Below, in pieces: positions 50,447 through 59,081 of a stretch of DNA of 64,000 nt; the first letter of the stretch is position 1; every line of letters starts with the position of its first letter. The position numbers and the translations under genes are program-made. This DNA comes from Methanobrevibacter thaueri (lineage in GTDB: Archaea; Methanobacteriota; Methanobacteria; Methanobacteriales; Methanobacteriaceae): positions 33,525 through 97,524 of the forward strand of contig NZ_SUTJ01000003.1 in assembly GCF_015062915.1 (NCBI RefSeq), read 5' to 3'. The notes under the pieces were generated by a model. It was not told the DNA's origin. It made no database searches and saw only the letters and a program-made list of their open reading frames with translations.

Positions 50447-51157
50447 ATGGAATTAACAGAAATCATGTCAGATGCTTTACTGTATCCATTTCAGAATATT
50501 AAAGCATTAGTACTTTATCTTATTTTGGGAATAATTTTAGGAATCTCCATTGCGGGACTCGTTGTGGCCTTGGCTGCCAGTTATGCTGCTGAAAATGTTT
50601 TGGCTATTCTAGGTACTGGAGTTTTAGGAGTAATCATCGCTCTTATCCTTTCATTCATCATATCAGGTTATCAATTGGATATTGTTAAATTTGGTATAAA
50701 TAGGGATCCGGGTGCACCTGGAATTGATATTATCAGACAATTCGTTAATGGATTTAAATTGTTTATTGTTCAAATTGTTTATTATCTTATTCCAATCATT
50801 ATCGGAGCTATTCTCGCAATTTTCTTCCAAAATTGGCTATCCAGCATCATAAACTTCATTATTGCTATTATCTTTGGATTAGCAGCAATCATGGGTCAAT
50901 GCAGATTAGCTAAAAGTGAAGATATGGCTCATGCATTAGCAATTGGTGATGCTATCGGCGATATTTCCAGAGTGGGTATCGTTAAACTCTTAGTATTCAT
51001 TATTCTCATGATGATTATTGCAGTGATTTTAGCAACAATTATGATTTTCGTTGCTAGATGGAACAATATCATTGGCGGAATACTAATTGGTATTTTAGGG
51101 GTTTACTTCTCATTCTTTGTAAGTAGAGCTACTGGTTTATTATACTCTAATGTATAA
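50447..51157 (+). CDS. DUF4013-like membrane protein
   Basis: DALLYP start, ISGYQLDIVK...PG and multi-TM profile; GGTGA RBS. Confidence 0.72.
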   Translation: MELTEIMSDALLYPFQNIKALVLYLILGIILGISIAGLVVALAASYAAENVLAILGTGVLGVIIALILSFIISGYQLDIVKFGINRDPGAPGIDIIRQFVNGFKLFIVQIVYYLIPIIIGAILAIFFQNWLSSIINFIIAIIFGLAAIMGQCRLAKSEDMAHALAIGDAIGDISRVGIVKLLVFIILMMIIAVILATIMIFVARWNNIIGGILIGILGVYFSFFVSRATGLLYSNV

Positions 51158-51180
51158 ATAAACCTTTATTTTTTCTTTTT

Positions 51181-51813
51181 TTAAAACAAGTCTTCAATAT
51201 TATATTCAACCGCTTTTTTGACATTATGCTTGGAGCAAGCTGCCAATTTATAGTTTTCAACATCAAATAAGCTGAATTTCAGATTATTTTCATTGCCTTT
51301 TAATGTGATTTCATCCCCGATCAGTATTTCAAACTGATCCAGTTCCAGATTGAATCCCAAACCAGTGTATTTCATATAGCTTTCCTTTAAAACCCAATAT
51401 CTAAAAAATTCGTTTGAAGGATTGTGGGATTTCATAATGCTTTCATATTCTGAGTTGAAGAAGTAGTGTTTGGCTATGTCCAAATCGATTTCCCCATCAA
51501 CATATTCAACATCAACGCCGACTTCCATATCGGATATTGCACAAGCTACCATTTTACGTGAATGGCTCAAATTGAAATGAATGTCTTCATGGCTTGATAT
51601 GTATGCCTTGCCGTATTTTCCGGTTTCGAAAGTGGGGTTTGTGATGTTTTCCTCTCTAAGCAAGGTATTCAAAAGAAGATATGCTCCGGCGCTCAGTTTC
51701 TTGTCCTTTTCGAACCTATAAAAATCCACTTTTGATTTTCTATGTTCCGGGAGCAATTCGTATGACCTTGTCAAATCCAAATCGTCGACATTGCAGTAAG
51801 CTATTTTAATCAT
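51181..51813 (-). CDS. Sfp-type 4'-phosphopantetheinyl transferase
   Basis: YGKAY, FNLSHS, VGVDVE and FFRYWVLKESYMKYTGLG. Confidence 0.93.
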   Translation of the reverse strand: MIKIAYCNVDDLDLTRSYELLPEHRKSKVDFYRFEKDKKLSAGAYLLLNTLLREENITNPTFETGKYGKAYISSHEDIHFNLSHSRKMVACAISDMEVGVDVEYVDGEIDLDIAKHYFFNSEYESIMKSHNPSNEFFRYWVLKESYMKYTGLGFNLELDQFEILIGDEITLKGNENNLKFSLFDVENYKLAACSKHNVKKAVEYNIEDLF

Positions 51814-51846
51814 TTTTTAATCTTCAATGTTAAAATTAGGTATTGT

Positions 51847-52224
51847 TTATTCCACTTTCTTGGTGATCTTGAGATGGTTTTCGTCGGCAATCCTATCATA
51901 TTCAATATCATCTGAAAGCTCTTTTGTCAGATGAATTCCCAAACCGCCTACCTCAGCATCTTCAATGCTTTCCGGCATTTTAGGGTCTTCATTTAAAAGA
52001 GGATTGAATTCAACTCCATCATCAATAAACTCAAGTGTCAATATGGAGTTTTCAAAACTAGAGTTGACCCTGATTGAATCGGTCTTTGAATAGTTGACAA
52101 TGTTTACAAAGACCTCTTCCAGAATCAGATCAACCTGAAAATCCTGTTTTCCAATAATTTCATTGATGAAATCATTCAATTTGTATAATTCCTCAATTTG
52201 AGGAGCCAATTCCAATGAATTCAT
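51847..52224 (-). CDS. RsbW/SpoIIAB-like anti-sigma-factor Ser kinase (HATPase_c)
   Basis: N-box EEVFVNIVNY, G1 DDGVEFNP, G2 GGLGI; ATGA overlap with the STAS gene. Confidence 0.88.
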   Translation of the reverse strand: MNSLELAPQIEELYKLNDFINEIIGKQDFQVDLILEEVFVNIVNYSKTDSIRVNSSFENSILTLEFIDDGVEFNPLLNEDPKMPESIEDAEVGGLGIHLTKELSDDIEYDRIADENHLKITKKVE

Positions 52225-52520
52225 TCTATCTTTAATATTTTATCAAATCCAGACATCCTGAAAATTTCATTAATGGTTTCGTTCACGTTTTTGATAACCA
52301 TTGGGGTGTCTGTGGATTTTAATTTTTTCTGGGTTGCTATCAGCACTCTCAAACCGGCACTGGAAATGTATTCCACTTTCTCAAAATCAATTACTAATGA
52401 GTCAAATTTTCCAAGCTCTTCATTAATTTCCTTTTCCAAGTCCTGTGAAGTCAAGGTATCAATTCTACCCTCTACTGATAATGTTAAATCCTTGTTATCA
52501 TAATCTTTTAAAATATTCAT
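52221..52520 (-). CDS. STAS-domain anti-sigma-factor antagonist (RsbV/SpoIIAA-like)
   Basis: VEGRIDT, IDFEKVEYISSAGLRVL with the phospho-acceptor Ser, and FRMSGF. Confidence 0.92.
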   Translation of the reverse strand: MNILKDYDNKDLTLSVEGRIDTLTSQDLEKEINEELGKFDSLVIDFEKVEYISSAGLRVLIATQKKLKSTDTPMVIKNVNETINEIFRMSGFDKILKIE

Positions 52521-52652
52521 AATATCACTGGTTTAATATATTTTTATGTAAGTTTAAATATTTTGTTGAAATTTCCTGTAGATATTCCTTTCGGTGTTGA
52601 ACACTATCTCTGAATCAAAAAAATAAGTGGAAAAAGAGATAATTGATTAAAG

Positions 52653-53696
52653 TTATCTCATGTATAAAATAAACTTACCGAATTTAGGGATTCTATAAAT
52701 GATTGCGGCCGCCACATAACTGAAGAAAATCAGTAAAACCCATAAAATCAGAGCCTTGACAGGTTCTGTGAATGGCAATCCAACAATCAAAGGTAATAAT
52801 GGGAGTCTGAATAGGTTATGTATTAAAAATACTGCAAATGAGTATTTTGACAATACTTGGACTCCACTATAGAATCTGACGCTTCCTCTTCTGGAACACA
52901 GTTCGAACAGTGCGAATGATCCTGTCAGGATGAATGGGAACTCATACCATAGGAAGAAATTGTATCCTCTGATGAATGCATAGTACTGGAAGACTACACA
53001 AATTAAAAATGACACGAGTGCAAGCAATCTGAATTTATTGGTTGAATACTTCTTGAAAACTCCTTTCTTGACCAAGTATCCCAGTATAATGTAAATTCCA
53101 TATACTCCTCCACTGAATCCTAAACTGAATTGGATTGAAATGCCTTTAATCCCCTGCATGTCAAACAGTAATGTGATGAATGGAATCGCAAATGCCAAAA
53201 GTGAAAATACGATTGTGGCCTGATTGATTGTTTCCGGTTTGAAATTATCCAATGCGCTTGCAACAAACGGCATGGAAAGATACATTCCAATAATCATCGG
53301 CATATACCACATGTGGCTGAAGAATAGGTTTCCAGCTTCGGTAAAGTTGACGGACTGGCTTCCAACAGCAACAAACTGCAGGCTAACTGCATAAATCACG
53401 GTCCAAAGGATAGTGACTATAATCAGTCCCTTACAGTTTTTGCTCCAGAACTTGCGGACACGCTCGTCATTATAGCTTCTGTCAAGTAACAGATAACCTG
53501 TAATCATTAAAAAGAACGGAACCCCAATACGTCCAATAAACAGTGAAATGAATTGAAAAACTCTTGAAAATAATGTATAGTGCATTATTGCATCAGATGA
53601 TATTATATAAATACCATCTGTTGCATGAATGTACAGTACTGTCAGGATAGCTATTGCACGTACAAGATCAATCCATTCGACTCTATTTTTACTCAT
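52653..53696 (-). CDS. Acyltransferase-3 family membrane O-acyltransferase
   Basis: RVEWIDLVRAIAILTVLYIH, GVPFFLMITGY, HMWYM and YSFAVFLIH; about 10 TMs. Confidence 0.88.
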   Translation of the reverse strand: MSKNRVEWIDLVRAIAILTVLYIHATDGIYIISSDAIMHYTLFSRVFQFISLFIGRIGVPFFLMITGYLLLDRSYNDERVRKFWSKNCKGLIIVTILWTVIYAVSLQFVAVGSQSVNFTEAGNLFFSHMWYMPMIIGMYLSMPFVASALDNFKPETINQATIVFSLLAFAIPFITLLFDMQGIKGISIQFSLGFSGGVYGIYIILGYLVKKGVFKKYSTNKFRLLALVSFLICVVFQYYAFIRGYNFFLWYEFPFILTGSFALFELCSRRGSVRFYSGVQVLSKYSFAVFLIHNLFRLPLLPLIVGLPFTEPVKALILWVLLIFFSYVAAAIIYRIPKFGKFILYMR

Positions 53697-53711
53697 TAAT
53701 TATGTCTCCGA

Positions 53712-54521
53712 TTATTTTCTACGTATAATTGGTACAAATATGGCAATCATTGCCACTAAAACTAATGCTATAGGTATTCCTGTCTTTTTCATGTCCTGTT
53801 TAGTGTTGTTTTCAGGTTTGGTTTTATTGTAATGTTTAACGATTTTTGTTTTCACTGTTTCTTTTGTTTTGGTTGTTTTTTTAGTTTTAGTATTTTTATC
53901 TTTGCTGGTATCATCCTTGTCATCAGTTGATGTTGAGTTTTCTGTGGAATTGTCAGTAGAATCGTCGGTTGAATTGTCTGTTGAATCGTCTGTGGAGTTG
54001 TCATCATCTGTTGAATTAGATTGTGCATCTTCAGTTGGTGTTGTTTCATCCTCAGTGGCTGTCTGATTGTCATTGTCTGATTCATCTTCAGTCAAATTAT
54101 CTTCATTGTCTGAAGAAGGGATTTCAGTATTCAATACATCTTCTACAGTTGTTTCATTATCAATGCCTAAAATATCTCCATCAAGAGGATTCTCTTTTAT
54201 GATGAAACCTTTCTTTGCATCACCGATAATATGAAAAGAATAATCTTTATTGTCATTCACTTTAATTGAATATTTTCCGTCATCTTCCTGATTCTTGAAT
54301 ACTGCTGACCAAGAATTGGATTTGCTTAATACTTTGGTGTCAACAACCTTGTTGTCCTTTAAAAGATTTACTGTTACCTTATCTGGAAGGTTTACTATGT
54401 CATCCCATGTAAGTTTTACAGAGATGTCTTGAGTTTTAATATCATCCGCTGCAGAAACGAAGCTAACGCATGCTGTTAGAAAAACTGCAATAAACAATAT
54501 TGTAAGTAGCTTTCTGTTCAT
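53712..54521 (-). CDS. Secreted Cna-B-type surface protein with acidic S/T stalk and C-terminal sorting-signal-like tail
   Basis: Signal peptide; VKLTWDD..PDKVTVNL..NSWSAVF; DxST repeats; MKKTG-hydrophobic-RRK end. Start at ATG 54521. Confidence 0.82.
   Translation of the reverse strand: MNRKLLTILFIAVFLTACVSFVSAADDIKTQDISVKLTWDDIVNLPDKVTVNLLKDNKVVDTKVLSKSNSWSAVFKNQEDDGKYSIKVNDNKDYSFHIIGDAKKGFIIKENPLDGDILGIDNETTVEDVLNTEIPSSDNEDNLTEDESDNDNQTATEDETTPTEDAQSNSTDDDNSTDDSTDNSTDDSTDNSTENSTSTDDKDDTSKDKNTKTKKTTKTKETVKTKIVKHYNKTKPENNTKQDMKKTGIPIALVLVAMIAIFVPIIRRK
53930..54020 (-). repeat. Degenerate 12-nt tandem repeat encoding D(D/N)ST units
   Basis: GAC AAC TCC ACA / GAC GAT TCA ACA / GAC AAT TCA ACC / GAC GAT TCT ACT / GAC AAT TCC ACA. 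Confidence 0.75.
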
Positions 54522-54590
54522 TAATTGCACCTCTAAAATAATTAGTTAATAATTATATTATTTTTTGATATATAATTATTTAACTAATGT

Positions 54591-55163
54591 TTAATTGTTA
54601 ATGAATTTTGGAACAATCCACATTGCAATTATTGAAAGCAGACAACAAATGATGATCGCCGGAGGATATGCGAAATAACCAATTATAATTCCAATGACGG
54701 CTAAAACAATGGTCATTGCGAATATATAATCTTTTTCCAAAGCCAATTGAAGTGCAATGTTTGCCGGATCTGATTCTTTCAGGAATTTTGAAATCAATTT
54801 GGAAAGTATTGCAGTCACAATAAAGCATAGTCCATATAGCAATTGCGGGAAGAACAAATAGAAATTCTCAGCAACAAATGTAGTCAGGTAAGGCAGCAAT
54901 GAGAAGACAAAAAGGGTTATTCCCATTGTCCATATGACCTTATGGTCAATCTTGTTCACAATTGCGAAAAGGTTGTTGTTGAAATTCCAGAAATTGAAAC
55001 ACACTATGAAACTGATGGCATAGATTGCAAATTCATATTTAAGCTCAAACAATGCCTCCCAGGTTCCTGCTGATGCAAGGGGAATTTCCAAAACAATGAT
55101 TGTAATGATGATTGCCAAAATTGCATCAATCAATGCTTCAAATCGTTCAGTTTCCATTTTCAT
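54591..55163 (-). CDS. TMEM175-family potassium channel, paralog 2
   Basis: ERFEALIDAILAIIITIIVL and LLPYLT; 6 TMs. Confidence 0.85.
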   Translation of the reverse strand: MKMETERFEALIDAILAIIITIIVLEIPLASAGTWEALFELKYEFAIYAISFIVCFNFWNFNNNLFAIVNKIDHKVIWTMGITLFVFSLLPYLTTFVAENFYLFFPQLLYGLCFIVTAILSKLISKFLKESDPANIALQLALEKDYIFAMTIVLAVIGIIIGYFAYPPAIIICCLLSIIAMWIVPKFINN

Positions 55164-55728
55164 TCCTCCTCACAACTCTTCCAAGAATAATCCACATGAC
55201 AATTGAAAGCAGGCAGCATAAATAAATTCCCGGACGGTACACTGTATAAGTTAGGATGAAACCAATTATCAAAACAATTATAGGGGTGTTTAACAGGTAT
55301 GAATCATTGTTCAATGTTTTCAATTCCTTATTATATGGATTGCTTTTGTAAATAGTGTGATTGGCCAATGTGGTAAGGATATGGGTTATTATGAATATCA
55401 AACCAAACATTATCTCGGCAGGTATGGAATAAATGTTGTTTGCAAGCCAGATTGTAAAATACGGAAGCAAGGATATTACAAAGGTCATAATTCCATAAAT
55501 CCATACGGTAGTGTTTTCAATATGCTCCACAACCTGGAACAGGTTATGATTGGCATACCAGATATTATATAAAATCAAAAAACTAATCAAATAAGCAATA
55601 TAAACATTTTGCAGCTCTAAAACTCCACCCAATGTCGGAGTTGCCGGTTGGGGAATTTTCAAAACCAGAACAGTGATTATGATTGCAATAATCGCATCAA
55701 AAAATGTTTCAAATCTATTGGTTTCCAT
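55147..55728 (-). CDS. TMEM175-family potassium channel, paralog 1
   Basis: NRFETFFDAIIAIIITVLVL, WYANHNLF and LLPYFT; 6 TMs. Confidence 0.85.
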   Translation of the reverse strand: METNRFETFFDAIIAIIITVLVLKIPQPATPTLGGVLELQNVYIAYLISFLILYNIWYANHNLFQVVEHIENTTVWIYGIMTFVISLLPYFTIWLANNIYSIPAEIMFGLIFIITHILTTLANHTIYKSNPYNKELKTLNNDSYLLNTPIIVLIIGFILTYTVYRPGIYLCCLLSIVMWIILGRVVRRNENGN

Positions 55729-55778
55729 ATGACAATATTTATAATTTTTAATATAAAATATTAATTAAAGGTGATAAA

Positions 55779-57191
55779 ATGGATATGTTAATAGGCGGAA
55801 AACACGTTTCAGGCGAAGATTTGGAAGATGTAGTCAACCCTTATGATGGCAGTGTAATAGACACTGTGCCGATAGCACACCTGCAGACAGCACAGCTTGC
55901 AATCGATGCGGCAAATGATGCAAAAGACAGTCTTGTTGAAATGTCTGCATTTAAGGTTTCAAACAAGTTATATTCAGTTTGTGAGAAATTAAAAGACAAA
56001 CGTGAGGAGTTCGCTGAACTGTTGGCACTGGAAGTTGGAAAACCCATTAACGAGGCACTGGTTGAACTTGACAGGTCAATCGAAACACTCAAGCTGGCTG
56101 CTGAAGAAGCAAAAAGAATATATGGGGAAAGCGTGCCGTTGGATGCCGGATTGAACGGAAAGGGATTTTTCGCATTCACACAACGCCTGCCGCTGGGAGT
56201 TGTTGCGGCAATAACACCATTCAATTATCCATTGAACCTGACAATACACAAGATTGCACCTGCAATTGCCTGCAAAAACACTGTAATCATAAAACCACCA
56301 ACAGAAGCACCTTTAACCGTAATGAAGTTTGGGGAACTCTTGAATGAGGAGTTTCCAGATGGTGTGGTCAACACAGTAACCGGATACGGCTCTGAAGTCG
56401 GGGATTACCTGGTGTGCTCACCGGAAGTTGACAAGATATCATTCACAGGAAGCGTAACAACCGGAATGATGATATCCCAAAAGGCGGGAATGAAAAAGGT
56501 CACTTTGGAACTTGGAGGAAACGACCCGATGATTGTTTTAAAGGATGCCGATATTGACAAGGCGGTTAAGGGAGTCATCAACGGAGCATTCTTAAATGCT
56601 GGCCAGGTCTGCATGGGAGTCAAAAGAATAATCATTGAAGATGAGATTGCCGATGAATTTGCAGATAAACTGGTAGCAGAGACTGAAAAACTGGTCATGG
56701 GAAATCCACTGGAAAAAACCACAACATTAGGAACACTCATTTCTGAAAATGCCGCAAGGCAAGTTGAAGAGACAGTCAACAATGCAGTTAGGGACGGTGC
56801 CGAAATACTCACCGGAGGAAAGCGTGAAGGAGCATTCTATCAGGCTACAGTAATTGACAACGTTGATCCTGAAATGGATTTGGTTGTAAGGGAAACATTC
56901 GGTCCGATAGCGCCAATAATCAGGGTGAAAGGCATTGACGATGCAATTAAAGTGGCTAACGACACTGAATATGGCTTGCAGGCTGGGGTTTTCACTTCAG
57001 ATTATGCTTCAGCAATGAGGTGTGCCCAGGAAGTTGAAGCTGGAACAGTGTTCATCAATAAGCAATCCACCTTCAGAACAGACAACATGCCATTTGGAGG
57101 ATTCAAGAATAGTGGTGTTGGAAAAGAGGGCATTAAATATGCCGTTGAAGAAATGACCAAAACAAAATTGATAGGATTGAATTTAAGGTAA
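55779..57191 (+). CDS. NAD-dependent aldehyde dehydrogenase, lactaldehyde dehydrogenase (CofA/MJ1411-like)
   Basis: ITPFNYP, FTGS, LELGGND, GQVC, ETFGP and PFGGFKNSG. Confidence 0.88.
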   Translation: MDMLIGGKHVSGEDLEDVVNPYDGSVIDTVPIAHLQTAQLAIDAANDAKDSLVEMSAFKVSNKLYSVCEKLKDKREEFAELLALEVGKPINEALVELDRSIETLKLAAEEAKRIYGESVPLDAGLNGKGFFAFTQRLPLGVVAAITPFNYPLNLTIHKIAPAIACKNTVIIKPPTEAPLTVMKFGELLNEEFPDGVVNTVTGYGSEVGDYLVCSPEVDKISFTGSVTTGMMISQKAGMKKVTLELGGNDPMIVLKDADIDKAVKGVINGAFLNAGQVCMGVKRIIIEDEIADEFADKLVAETEKLVMGNPLEKTTTLGTLISENAARQVEETVNNAVRDGAEILTGGKREGAFYQATVIDNVDPEMDLVVRETFGPIAPIIRVKGIDDAIKVANDTEYGLQAGVFTSDYASAMRCAQEVEAGTVFINKQSTFRTDNMPFGGFKNSGVGKEGIKYAVEEMTKTKLIGLNLR

Positions 57192-57198
57192 TTAAAAT

Positions 57199-57229
57199 TG
57201 TTGGAAGTGGGAATCCTCACTTTTCAACA
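57199..57229. terminator. Hairpin between convergent genes
   Basis: TGTTGGAAGTGGG / CTCACTTTTCAACA stem with G:U pairs and one bulge. Confidence 0.5.
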
Positions 57230-57592
57230 TTGATTCCTCACTCCAGGCATCAAACCAAATTCAGAGAAGATATTGAGCTTTTTTTGAATAGGGAGGATTT
57301 TCATATTAACGTGGTGGATTTTGTGCATGAATCCATTGTTGAATGTTTCATCATCAACATGAATATTTACCAGCAGTGAATGGTCTTCTTCACCACTTAA
57401 ATCACAGTACATTTCTAGTTCGAATTCCCCTTGTGGAAATGTTTCTAATAGATAAGGTTTTGCCTCATCAAGAAGTTCCAGTAGGTTTTCATGCATTTTA
57501 ATAAAATCATGAATTTTTTTAGGGTTTTTCAATTCATAGAATTCGGTTAATCTGGAAAAATTTTTTTCAAATAAACTGTTATTATGTGTCAT
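57224..57592 (-). CDS. Hypothetical protein, HEPN-associated partner (putative antitoxin)
   Basis: 122 aa, 12 nt downstream of the HEPN gene, GGAG RBS; no GS-x-A-x-G nucleotidyltransferase motif. Confidence 0.7.
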   Translation of the reverse strand: MTHNNSLFEKNFSRLTEFYELKNPKKIHDFIKMHENLLELLDEAKPYLLETFPQGEFELEMYCDLSGEEDHSLLVNIHVDDETFNNGFMHKIHHVNMKILPIQKKLNIFSEFGLMPGVRNQC

Positions 57593-57604
57593 AATTCAAT
57601 CTCC

Positions 57605-57997
57605 TTAAGTATTGGCATATTTTCTATTCAGGTATTCCAATGATTCCAATCCGTTTTGAACATCATTTCGGGTTTGAAATAATGATTTTTTGAAATAATC
57701 AATATTTTTTTCATTCCAATCATAATCTGCATGTCCTCTAACTTTTTTCAGATTAAATAAAATGTCTCCAACATATTTTTCACTTGGGTCCTTTGAAAAT
57801 CTCAATGCATTACACACTTTTGTGTGGACTCCATTCCTGGTTGTCAAATATTTCTTTCCACGAACTTCCACCAGATATTTTCGAGATTCCCCGAACAGTG
57901 CATAATAATCTCTATTGATTGCAGATCTGATGTGTGCTTCATCATTTGTTTGGCTTAATTCTTCGCCGATTCCATAAAATTCCTTGAAATCATACAT
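57605..57997 (-). CDS. HEPN-domain protein (UPF0332-like)
   Basis: RSAINRDYYALF, a conserved H (GVH) and R-x-x-ADY (RGHADY). Start at ATG 57997 after GGTGA. Confidence 0.75.
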   Translation of the reverse strand: MYDFKEFYGIGEELSQTNDEAHIRSAINRDYYALFGESRKYLVEVRGKKYLTTRNGVHTKVCNALRFSKDPSEKYVGDILFNLKKVRGHADYDWNEKNIDYFKKSLFQTRNDVQNGLESLEYLNRKYANT

Positions 57998-58202
57998 TTT
58001 TTCACCTTGCAATATTGTTCCAATCACATTTTATTCTATGAATATTGGAATTTTGATACATATGAAATATATTTTTCAGTATTTTCCTGATTAAAGTATG
58101 TTATGAACTGCATCATTTAAAAAAGTATGTATCCGCTCAAATCAATATTGCTTTGGTTGCATAATTTTTTTGTAATGGTGAGGTTGGTTAATGTGGTTAA
58201 AT

Positions 58203-58925
58203 CTATTTCAAATAGTTTTCAACAAGATTACGTGTTTCATTCAGTGATTCCATTGGAATTCCCTTAGGCATTGCTCCAAGCTCGCCTTCAACGTCCTTAA
58301 GAATGCTTCCGTTCATTCCCAGAAACATTCCTTCACTGACAATGTCGCTGAATGCCTGTGGAGGAAGCAGTGACACTCCAACCCTGTTGTCGTCCTTAAC
58401 GTTCAAGTCATTGGTGACAACTGTTATTGCCCTTTTTCCAAGATTGACGTTACAAAGCATCAGATTGTCATTTTTAGGGTGTTTGGTAACGCTCATAACT
58501 TCTCCGACCTTGATGTCGACGCCCATAATAGGATCGTTTATCGGTCCAAGTGCCAAACGGTCTTTAAGTCCGATGATTGTATCAAGGAAGAATCTCACTT
58601 TTGCAATGTTTTCCTGGGTCTTTTCCCTGTCTTCCTTTGGAGCGTTGTTAAGGAACTTCTTGTTCCAGTCGTCTCCACCCAAATATTCAATAATTTTTTC
58701 AGCTTTCTCTTTTAATGCAGCAACGTCCGGAGAGTTTACCAGTTCGTCTCCCTCAAGGTATGAATAGGTCAATGATTGGAAATCACTGTTCATCTGTTTT
58801 CCCATATCAACTGCCTGCTTTTTGTTCCAGCTTCCTCTGAATGAGGCTGTTGGAATGAGGTTTAGGTAATTTTCTCTTGCCTTGCTTGCCACTAAAATTC
58901 TATAATCTTTTGTTGTATCCCACAT
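58203..58925 (-). CDS. tRNA-binding OB-fold protein (MetG C-terminal/CsaA-like)
   Basis: DIKVGEVMSVTKHP..DNL, VVTND and IVSEGMFLG. Confidence 0.82.
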   Translation of the reverse strand: MWDTTKDYRILVASKARENYLNLIPTASFRGSWNKKQAVDMGKQMNSDFQSLTYSYLEGDELVNSPDVAALKEKAEKIIEYLGGDDWNKKFLNNAPKEDREKTQENIAKVRFFLDTIIGLKDRLALGPINDPIMGVDIKVGEVMSVTKHPKNDNLMLCNVNLGKRAITVVTNDLNVKDDNRVGVSLLPPQAFSDIVSEGMFLGMNGSILKDVEGELGAMPKGIPMESLNETRNLVENYLK

Positions 58926-59081
58926 TTAAAGTCCTCTTTTAAGTCTAAATTATATTTTAACTTTATAATTTAATAAGTTTTTTGCAAAATAAGGCATTTT
59001 TAAAGTTTAAAAACATAAAGTATTTATATTAACAATAAAATAAATTTATACATATTTATTTAATAATTATGTGGTGTAATC

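Noticed and set aside
53930-54020. Tandem repeats as a CRISPR-like array
   Set aside because: 12-nt degenerate in-frame coding repeats with no spacers and no cas genes.
55147-55163. Programmed frameshift fusing the two TMEM175 genes
   Set aside because: No canonical slippery heptamer or downstream structure was seen; an RBS and ATG explain the overlap.
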